A DNA stretch of 64,000 nucleotides from an uncultured Spirochaetota bacterium (GTDB lineage Bacteria > Spirochaetota > Spirochaetia > SZUA-6 > Fen-1364), in NCBI GenBank assembly GCA_963845535.1, contig CAWJSK010000003.1, positions 64,001-128,000 of the forward strand, in the 5' to 3' direction. Of this stretch, positions 56,883-64,000 are shown one piece after another. The translations under genes were made by a program, and so were the position numbers. The notes below the pieces were generated by a model, which was not told the DNA's origin, made no database searches, and was given only the letters and a program-made list of their open reading frames with translations. Within the stretch, counting starts at the first letter, position 1. Each line of letters begins with the position of its first letter.

Positions 56883-57962
56883 CTACGTGCGCGCGGTTCT
56901 GAATAGCATGAAACCGAGCACGAGGAAAAGGGAGAAAGGGCTCCATGCGCCGGCGAGGGGGGGGATGTAGCCGTTCTTGGAGAGGATGGCGGCGACCATC
57001 TGCGAGACGTAATAGACCACGGATATGACGAGCGCCGCGAGGAGGCTCATGAGGAGGATGTTCTTCTTGAAAGTGCTGCCGAGGCTGCTTGCAATGAGCG
57101 CCACGATCAGCGGGGTGCTGGCAAAGGAAAACTTGCGGTAGTAATCGGTGAGCGCTTCGCGGAACGGCAGCCCCGCCTTGCGGATGGCCGCCACGTACCG
57201 CTCTGATTCGGCCCTGTCCATTTCCTCAACGTTCCGTGCCTGCTTGCGGAACGTGTCCGGTGGCTCGCTGAGAAGCGGAGAATCCCACAGCGGCGCCTTT
57301 TCGTTGCGGAGGATTGCGGTCTGCTGATCCCAGGTGAAAACGATGCAGTCATGGAGCACCCAGCGCGTGCCTTTCCATTCCCCCCACTGGGCGTCGATGC
57401 GCTGTGAGAATGCCATGTCGGGGTCGCGGACCACGACGGTGAGCCCTGACAGGCGTGTTTCCGCGTCGTTGTAATAGTCGGCCTGGTAGACCACGCGCTG
57501 GTCAGGGCTGGTGACCGTGACGTTGGACTGGCTGAGGGAGACCTGCTGCTTCACGGCCACCGCGTAGGCGTCGTTTTTCATGCGAAACGTGGGAATGACC
57601 ACGCCGTCCTCGAAGAAGAATGCCCCGACGCTCAGGATGACCCCGAGCGCGAGAAACGGCGCGACAAGCCGCTGGAGGCTCACGCCACAGCCGAAGATGG
57701 CGAACAGCTCGTTGTTGGCGTAGAACAGCCCGAGGGAATAGGAGACGCCGAACAGGAAAGAGACGGGCAGCGCGTAGGACAGGCATTTCGGCACGTACAG
57801 AAGAGCAATCCAGCCGATCTCCCCCATCCCGACGTCATGGGCGAAATACCGCCAGATGCTGCCGAACACGTCGATGAGCTGCAGCAGGAGCACGAAGAAG
57901 ACGACTGCCAGGAGAAAAAGCGGGAGAAACTGCCGGATGAGCATGCGGTAGAGGATCCTCAT
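56883..57962 (-). CDS. lptG: LptF/LptG family permease (LptG-like)
   Basis: MRILYRMLIRQF start (moved to 57962), NNELFAIFGCGVS and PPLAGAWSP. Confidence 0.85.
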   Translation of the reverse strand: MRILYRMLIRQFLPLFLLAVVFFVLLLQLIDVFGSIWRYFAHDVGMGEIGWIALLYVPKCLSYALPVSFLFGVSYSLGLFYANNELFAIFGCGVSLQRLVAPFLALGVILSVGAFFFEDGVVIPTFRMKNDAYAVAVKQQVSLSQSNVTVTSPDQRVVYQADYYNDAETRLSGLTVVVRDPDMAFSQRIDAQWGEWKGTRWVLHDCIVFTWDQQTAILRNEKAPLWDSPLLSEPPDTFRKQARNVEEMDRAESERYVAAIRKAGLPFREALTDYYRKFSFASTPLIVALIASSLGSTFKKNILLMSLLAALVISVVYYVSQMVAAILSKNGYIPPLAGAWSPFSLFLVLGFMLFRTART

Positions 57963-59242
57963 CGGGCCCTTCTCAGGAGGAAGAAGACGAACGCAGCCGC
58001 AAGGACGATGGCGTCGGGGAACCACATCGAGAATGCCGGAGAAAGGGACATGCGGACTCCGAAGGTCTGGCCTGCGAACAGCATGCCCCAGTAGACGATG
58101 GACACGAAAAGTCCGACCGCGAAGCCGACGGTGCGGCCGCTCCTGCGAGCGCGGACTCCCACGGGAAAGGCAAAATACGCGAATACCAGGCACGCGGCGG
58201 GCATGGAAAACTTGCGGTAGAACTCGAGGAGGTATTGCTGGAGCGTCTGGTCCGTGACGTTCCGCGCTTTTTCCGCCGAGTAGTCCCGCCACAGCCCGTC
58301 CACGCTCTGGCGAGCCGCCTCCGCTTGCGTCGGATCCGAAGCCGCCATCAGCACGGCGGACTGCACCCCGGAGGCAAGCCCGAACTGAAGCTCTCTCACC
58401 TTTTCGTCCTTGTCGCGTTGCACCTTGTCCTGGTCCGCCTGCTTGTCGCGGATCTCTTTCCAGACGTCCACCGAGCTCTGGTAGGAGGGGTTGCCCCCGC
58501 CCAGGGAAACGGAGATGTCCTTCAGGAGAATGTTGTACACCATGGACCGCGACGTGGTGTAGTCATAGCGGTCCCCTTCCGCGGGGTTGCTCGCCTCGGT
58601 AAAGACGGAGTCGAGAGTCAGGGAAACCACCCCTTGCTGGGCGCGGCTTTCCTCCAGGTGAGCGTCCCTGGCGGTGATGATGCGCCTGTTGCCTTCCGGG
58701 GACTTGTCGATGATGAGGAGGTTCTCGATGCGCCGGCCAACCACCTGGCCCGTGATGATGGTGGTGTTTTCGTATTTCTTGATGGAGTGGGATTCGAGCT
58801 CGACGGCGGGATTCGAGTAGAGGATCCTGCGGTAGATCTCGGCAAAGCGGATGTTGCCGAGGGGAAGGAAATAGTCGTTCATGACGAAGGAAACCAGGGA
58901 GAACGCGAGCCCGACGATCAGGAGCGGGGTCACGAGGTGGCGTGAGGGCACTCCCAGGGCGCCGAAGGCCAGAAGCTCGTTGTCGGAGGACAGCCTTCCC
59001 ACGGCCATCAGCGCGCCGACGAGCGAACCGAACGGAAACGAGAAGGCGATGACGATGGGAAGCGAATAGATGACAAGGAGGACCACGTCCCAGAAAGGCA
59101 CCTTCTTGGAGAATATCTCCTCCGCCATGACGAGGATCTGGTTCAGGAAGAAGATGAAAAAGAAAAAGAGGAACGCAACGGCAAACGAAAAGAGGTATTC
59201 GCGGCTGACGTACAGGTACGTTCGCAGATAGCTACGGACCAT
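57959..59242 (-). CDS. lptF: LptF/LptG family permease (LptF-like)
   Basis: GRLSSDNELLAFGALGV, EFYRKFSMP and MWFPD. Confidence 0.85.
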   Translation of the reverse strand: MVRSYLRTYLYVSREYLFSFAVAFLFFFFIFFLNQILVMAEEIFSKKVPFWDVVLLVIYSLPIVIAFSFPFGSLVGALMAVGRLSSDNELLAFGALGVPSRHLVTPLLIVGLAFSLVSFVMNDYFLPLGNIRFAEIYRRILYSNPAVELESHSIKKYENTTIITGQVVGRRIENLLIIDKSPEGNRRIITARDAHLEESRAQQGVVSLTLDSVFTEASNPAEGDRYDYTTSRSMVYNILLKDISVSLGGGNPSYQSSVDVWKEIRDKQADQDKVQRDKDEKVRELQFGLASGVQSAVLMAASDPTQAEAARQSVDGLWRDYSAEKARNVTDQTLQQYLLEFYRKFSMPAACLVFAYFAFPVGVRARRSGRTVGFAVGLFVSIVYWGMLFAGQTFGVRMSLSPAFSMWFPDAIVLAAAFVFFLLRRAR

Positions 59243-59266
59243 CAGAGCAAGCCTCCGAGACGCCGG

Positions 59267-59713
59267 TTACGTTCCCGTGGAGCCAAACCCGCCGCTCCCC
59301 CTCTGGGTGGAAGCAATTGCGTCCTGGCGCTGGAAAGAGACGCGGACAACCGGGCTGAACACGATCTGGGCAATCCGGTCGCCGTTTCTCACGCGGAAAT
59401 CGCTTTCCCCCAGGTTGATCAGGATTATCTTGATTTCGCCGCGGTAATCCGAGTCCACCGTGCCCGGCGAGTTGAGCACCGTGACCCCGTTTTTCAACGC
59501 CATCCCGGAGCGCGGCCTCACCTGCCCCTCCAACCCGCGCGGAATTTCGATGCAGAGCCCCGTGGGGACGAGGGCGCGCGTGCCGGGTTTCAGGACAAGG
59601 TCCTCGGTCAGCAAGGCGCGGAGGTCCGCGCCGGATGCGCCTTCGGACTGGTACTCGGGCAGGAAACCTCCCGTCACGGAGCACTTGATCACGGGTGCAT
59701 CCACGGCGGTCAC
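59267..59713 (-). CDS. dut: dUTP diphosphatase
   Basis: [24 protein letters not shown] and [10 protein letters not shown]. Confidence 0.97.
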   Translation of the reverse strand: MTAVDAPVIKCSVTGGFLPEYQSEGASGADLRALLTEDLVLKPGTRALVPTGLCIEIPRGLEGQVRPRSGMALKNGVTVLNSPGTVDSDYRGEIKIILINLGESDFRVRNGDRIAQIVFSPVVRVSFQRQDAIASTQRGSGGFGSTGT

Positions 59714-60975
59714 CCCGGAAACGTAAAGTCGAAGTTCCGCATGCTGTTCAAGCCTTTTGTCCCGTAGGCAAGCAGGCTGAAAGCATCACGACGCAGGCAT
59801 TGCCGGGCAAATTGCGCAATGTCTTCATCCGCCACGGCGCGCAGGGCGGTCAGGGACTCGTCGAACTCAAGGACCCGTCCCATGGTGACGAATTGCCGCA
59901 CGAGCCTCTTCATGCGGGACTCCATGTCCTCCTGGGAGAGTATCATGCCTCCGGCAAGATGGCTCTTGGCATCATCGATCTCCTGGCGGCTGAGCGGCTC
60001 CCGCAGGAGCCTGGCAAGCTCCGCATCCAGCGCCTCCAGGAGGGCGCGGACCTGTTGGGGGGTTGCGCTTGCATAGATGGTCCACATCCCGATGTCGGAG
60101 AAGAAAGTCCGGAACGAATAGACCGTATAGCACAGGCCGAGCTGCTCACGAAGCTTCTGAAAGAGGCGGCAGCTCATGGATTCGCCGAAAGCCGTGCTGA
60201 ACACGAGCGAGGTGTAATAGTGGGAAAGCTCATGGTCCAGGGCGTAGCACGTCCCCGCATAGACCTGGACCTGGTTGAACCGGTCAGGGACCACGGAAAC
60301 CTTGCGCTTCCAGGCCGGGGTGGTGCGCTGCTGGGGCAGGCTCGGGCTCCCGGCGCGCGCAAAGACGGCTTCGGCAAGGGCCCGCACCTCGTCGGGGGAA
60401 AAGTTGCCCGCCACCGCGAAGATCGTGTTCTGGGGCACGAGCCTCTGGCGGTAGAACCGCACCAGGTCCGGCTGGGAAATCCGCTGGACTTCCTCCACCT
60501 CACCGGTGATCTTGCGGGAGATGGGGTGGTCCCCGCACATCTCCTGCAGGTACCTGTCATGTCCCTTTTCTTCCGGGGAGTCGTCGACTGATCGGATCTC
60601 ATTCACGACCACCGTCTTCTCTTTCTCCATCTCCGCGGCTTCGATCAGCGAGCCGGTGGTCATGTCGGAGAGGACGTCGAACGCGAGCCGCAGGTGTTCC
60701 TTGGCGATGATTGCGTAGACGCAGGTGAACTCCTTCTCCGTGAAGGCGTTGATGATCCCGCCGACACGGTCGATCTCCTGCGCTATGGCGAATGCGCTTC
60801 TCCGGTCCGTCCCCTTGAAAAGCATGTGCTCGAGGAAATGGGAGTAACCCCGTTCCCCCGAGCTTTCATCACGGGAACCGTGGAGAAACCAGAATCCAAT
60901 GCAGAGGGTGTCCGTGCGGTCAACCGGCTCCAGGAGCAGCGTTGCTCCGTTTGCCAGTCTCTCCGTGAGGATCAC
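59710..60975 (-). CDS. M16 (pitrilysin) family metallopeptidase
   Basis: HFLEH zinc motif, NAFT and [14 protein letters not shown]; located after pnp. Confidence 0.93.
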   Translation of the reverse strand: MILTERLANGATLLLEPVDRTDTLCIGFWFLHGSRDESSGERGYSHFLEHMLFKGTDRRSAFAIAQEIDRVGGIINAFTEKEFTCVYAIIAKEHLRLAFDVLSDMTTGSLIEAAEMEKEKTVVVNEIRSVDDSPEEKGHDRYLQEMCGDHPISRKITGEVEEVQRISQPDLVRFYRQRLVPQNTIFAVAGNFSPDEVRALAEAVFARAGSPSLPQQRTTPAWKRKVSVVPDRFNQVQVYAGTCYALDHELSHYYTSLVFSTAFGESMSCRLFQKLREQLGLCYTVYSFRTFFSDIGMWTIYASATPQQVRALLEALDAELARLLREPLSRQEIDDAKSHLAGGMILSQEDMESRMKRLVRQFVTMGRVLEFDESLTALRAVADEDIAQFARQCLRRDAFSLLAYGTKGLNSMRNFDFTFPG

Positions 60976-63203
60976 CCATCTCTCCGGTGTGTTCGCGGCC
61001 CTCCGCCCCGCGGTCCGTCTCCCCGGGGTCGCCTGTCGTCGGGTCTGCGGTCCGAGCGGAAGGGCCTGTCCCCATCACGCCGCGGCGGCCGCCTTTCCGT
61101 CTTTTCCGTCATCAGGCCGGGGTTCGCCTCCAGGGCTTCCAGCGTTGCCAGGTTGATCCGTCCCATGTGGTCGATCTCCGTGACCTTCACCGTCAGCACC
61201 TGGCCTTCCTTCACCACGTCGCTGACGTTCTCCACCCGGGTGGCAGCCAGCTTGGAGATGTGCACCAGGCCTTCCTTGCCCGGAAGGATCTCCACAAACG
61301 CGCCGAAGTCCATGATCCGCTTGACAGGACCGGTGTACACCTTGCCGACGACAGCTTCTTCTATGAGCGCTTCCACCATCTTCTGCGCTTTTTCCGCGCC
61401 GTCTTTCTGGCGGTTGTAAATGGTCACCGTGCCGTCATCATCGATATTGATCTGGGAACCGGTCTTCTCACTCATGCCCTTGATGTTCTTCCCGCCCGGG
61501 CCGATGATGAGCCCGATCTTTTCCGTGGGCACGCGCAGGGAGATGACCTTGGGGGCGAAATCCGAAATGTCCCTCCGGGGCTGGGAGATTGTCTTGTTCA
61601 TGATGTCCAGGATGTACAACCGGCCGTCATGGGCCTGGCCGAGCGCCTTCTGGAGTATTTCCGCGCTTACGCCCTCGATCTTGATGTCCATCTGGAGGGC
61701 GGTGATCCCATCTTCGGTTCCCGCCACCTTGAAGTCCATGTCCCCGAGGTGGTCCTCTTCACCGAGGATGTCGCTGAGGACGACGAACTTCTCCCCTTCC
61801 TTCACGAGGCCCATGGCAATTCCCGCCACCGGCTTGATGATCTGGACGCCTGCATTGAGGAGGCTCAAGGTGCTCCCGCAGACAGTGGCCATGGACGAGG
61901 AGCCGTTGGATTCCAGGATCTCGGAGACAATGCGCACCGTGTAGGGGAAGTTTTCCTTGGAAGGCAGGACCATCTGGATTGCCCGCTCCGCGAGGTGTCC
62001 GTGGCCTATTTCGCGCCGGCCCGGCGAGCCAAGGCGTCCGGTCTCACCAACGGAGAACGGCGGGAAATTGTAGTGGAGCATGAAGCTCTTTTTGCTGTCC
62101 CCGTCAATGTTGTCCATGATTTGTTCATCAAGCGCGGTGCCCAGCGTGGTCACCACGAGCGCCTGCGTCTCTCCGCGCGTGAACAGGGCCGAGCCGTGCG
62201 TGCGCGGGAGGACGTCGATCTCACAGGTGATGGGCCGGATCTGGTCCGGTTTCCTGCCGTCCGTGCGGATGCCTTTTTCCGCGATTGAGGTGCGGAGGAT
62301 CTCCTGCTCCATGTCCTCGAACAGGGCTTTGAACGGGCGAATGTCGGTCTCCGCGAGGCGCTCGGCAAAGAACGCCTGCGCCTGGTCACGGACTGCCCTG
62401 ATGGCCTTCGCTCTCTCCTCTTTGCCCTTGACGAAGCACGCGTGATTGACCTTCTCGAAGGCCCAGTTCCTGACCTCTCCGCCGAGGGTGAACGTTGAGG
62501 GCCGCTCGATGAGCGGGAGCTTCTGCTTGCCCGCTTTTTGGGCCAGCTCGAGCTGGATCCGGCACAGCTCGCGGATGGTCACGTGAGCTTTTTCGATTGC
62601 TTCGATGATGAGGGCCTCGGGCACCTGGCGGGCGCCGCCCTCCACCATCGTGATGCCCTTTGCGGTTCCCGCCACTACGAGGTCGATCAGGCTCTCCTCT
62701 ATCTGGTCGAACGTCGGATTGACCACAAGCATGCCGCCGACGTACCCCATGCGGACCGCTCCAATGGGCCCTTCGAAGGGGATGTCCGAGACCGTGATGG
62801 CGGCCGAAGCGGCATTCATGGCGAGGATATCGGGCGGGTTGACCAGATCCGTGGAGATGGCCATGGGAATGACCTGGATCTCCCGCCGGAAGAGCTTTGA
62901 AAACAAGGGCCGAATGGGCCTGTCGATGAGACGCGAGACGAGGATCTCTTTGTCCTTCGGCCTGCCCTCACGCTTGATGAACCCACCGGGTATCTTCCCC
63001 GCCGCGTAATACTTTTCGATGTAGTCCACGGACAGGGGAATGAAATCGAGGTCTTCCTTTTCAGAGCTGGCGCAGCAGGCCGTTGCAAGCACCGCCGAGC
63101 CGCCCAACCGGGCGAAGACCGCTCCGTTGGCTTGCTTGGCCATCTTGCCGGTATCGAGGATCAGCTCTTCCTCCCCGATTTTGAATGTTACACGATGTTC
63201 CAT
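60972..63203 (-). CDS. pnp: Polyribonucleotide nucleotidyltransferase
   Basis: GKIPGGFIKREGRP, RREIGHG, ESNGSSSMA, DHLGDMDFK, then KH and S1 domains. Confidence 0.98.
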   Translation of the reverse strand: MEHRVTFKIGEEELILDTGKMAKQANGAVFARLGGSAVLATACCASSEKEDLDFIPLSVDYIEKYYAAGKIPGGFIKREGRPKDKEILVSRLIDRPIRPLFSKLFRREIQVIPMAISTDLVNPPDILAMNAASAAITVSDIPFEGPIGAVRMGYVGGMLVVNPTFDQIEESLIDLVVAGTAKGITMVEGGARQVPEALIIEAIEKAHVTIRELCRIQLELAQKAGKQKLPLIERPSTFTLGGEVRNWAFEKVNHACFVKGKEERAKAIRAVRDQAQAFFAERLAETDIRPFKALFEDMEQEILRTSIAEKGIRTDGRKPDQIRPITCEIDVLPRTHGSALFTRGETQALVVTTLGTALDEQIMDNIDGDSKKSFMLHYNFPPFSVGETGRLGSPGRREIGHGHLAERAIQMVLPSKENFPYTVRIVSEILESNGSSSMATVCGSTLSLLNAGVQIIKPVAGIAMGLVKEGEKFVVLSDILGEEDHLGDMDFKVAGTEDGITALQMDIKIEGVSAEILQKALGQAHDGRLYILDIMNKTISQPRRDISDFAPKVISLRVPTEKIGLIIGPGGKNIKGMSEKTGSQINIDDDGTVTIYNRQKDGAEKAQKMVEALIEEAVVGKVYTGPVKRIMDFGAFVEILPGKEGLVHISKLAATRVENVSDVVKEGQVLTVKVTEIDHMGRINLATLEALEANPGLMTEKTERRPPRRDGDRPFRSDRRPDDRRPRGDGPRGGGPRTHRRDG

Positions 63204-63222
63204 CTGTATCCTTGCCTTCGCG

Positions 63223-63492
63223 CTACTTGCGCAGGTTGAGGCGCTCGATGATCTCGCGGTACTTCGTGAGGTCTCTCTTCCTCAAGTACGCGAGCAGCCT
63301 GCGCCGTTGCCCGACGAGCTTCAGCAGGCCCCGCCGGGAATTGTTGTCCTTGGGATGCCTTTTGAAGTGCTCCGTCAGCTCATCCACCCGTTTGGTGATG
63401 AGAGCCACCTGGACCTCCGTGGCACCCGTATCCTTCTCGTTCGCTCCGAACGTCTTGATGACTTCTTCCTTTTTTTCCTTTGTCAGTGGCAT
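63223..63492 (-). CDS. rpsO: 30S ribosomal protein S15
   Basis: [10 protein letters not shown] and [31 protein letters not shown]. Confidence 0.98.
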   Translation of the reverse strand: MPLTKEKKEEVIKTFGANEKDTGATEVQVALITKRVDELTEHFKRHPKDNNSRRGLLKLVGQRRRLLAYLRKRDLTKYREIIERLNLRK

Positions 63493-63507
63493 TCTATCCG
63501 ACTCCTT

Positions 63508-64000
63508 TCAGTGGAATGTGACCGCGGTTATCTGCCCGGGGCAGTTTGTGGTGAGCAGGATCACGTCCGCCAAAACCTCCAGCCGCGCCGTGCCCTGCCC
63601 TGCTGCGTGCTCAAAGCCCACGTCATACCGGCCGGGCGGTGGCAGCACCTGCTCGATGTCGGAGCGCTGGAACGCTCGTGTCCATTCTCCGCGCCTTGCG
63701 CCGGCAACGCCGCTCACGTCCACGGTGTGGTCCGCCAGCAGCATGGCCCTCGCTTCAGCGAAATCCGCTTCCTGGATTGTCTTCCTGACGCGTGAGCTCG
63801 ATACGACGGCGCTGTTCCTCAGGACAGGATGGCTGACCTGCACTTCTATCCCGCTGCCGAAAACCATCTCTCTCAGGTCCGCCGGACCGGCCTCTCTGCT
63901 CCTGCCAAACCGGAAGTTCTCCCCGACGACGATTTTTTCGATGTTGAGGTTGTCCCGTAGCAGGCCGATGAAAGCCCTTCCGGAAAGTTTACTCATTTCA
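63508..64000 (-). CDS. ribF: FAD synthetase/RibF-like protein (5' end outside the window)
   Basis: IVVGENFRFG and VSSSRVR (FMN adenylyltransferase); located upstream of rpsO. Confidence 0.8.
   Translation of the reverse strand, partial: EMSKLSGRAFIGLLRDNLNIEKIVVGENFRFGRSREAGPADLREMVFGSGIEVQVSHPVLRNSAVVSSSRVRKTIQEADFAEARAMLLADHTVDVSGVAGARRGEWTRAFQRSDIEQVLPPPGRYDVGFEHAAGQGTARLEVLADVILLTTNCPGQITAVTFH

Noticed and set aside
63493..63507. S15 autoregulatory leader RNA
   Set aside because: The intergenic gap is only 15 nt and no recognisable structure could be supported.

Overview
A 64 kb stretch of core chromosome from a high-GC spirochaete (order Spirochaetales). The assignment rests on cfpA, a pallilysin-related lipoprotein, the long spirochaete-type GreA and Treponema-like gene order. 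Most genes are housekeeping: purB, guaA, uppP, folK-scpA-scpB-rluB-cmk-rpsA, recA, prs, mutY, dtd, rpe, greA, and ribF-rpsO-pnp-M16-dut-lptF-lptG-ROK-tgt-NlpC-murJ. A more variable lipoprotein/outer-membrane block follows guaA (about 18.5-26.8 kb). I saw no rRNA, tRNA, CRISPR array, integrase or transposase. The best candidate for an undescribed system is the cfpA cluster (5382-11258): the gene after cfpA ends in an HPr-like domain with a His15-equivalent, and the following 'PPDK' keeps its phospho-His and PEP-binding residues but has lost most ATP-grasp catalytic residues. That suggests a PEP-driven, PTS-like phosphorelay coupled to the cytoplasmic filament. Other points: an AT-hook-like tail on CfpA, a GAF-sigma54 activator co-oriented with a CHASE2 adenylate cyclase, probable CTG/ATT/ATA start codons, leaderless-type promoters, and four +1 frameshifts (MCP, greA, vWA, ROK) that are probably sequencing errors. 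All family calls are by eye from motifs and recalled synteny; no searches were run.
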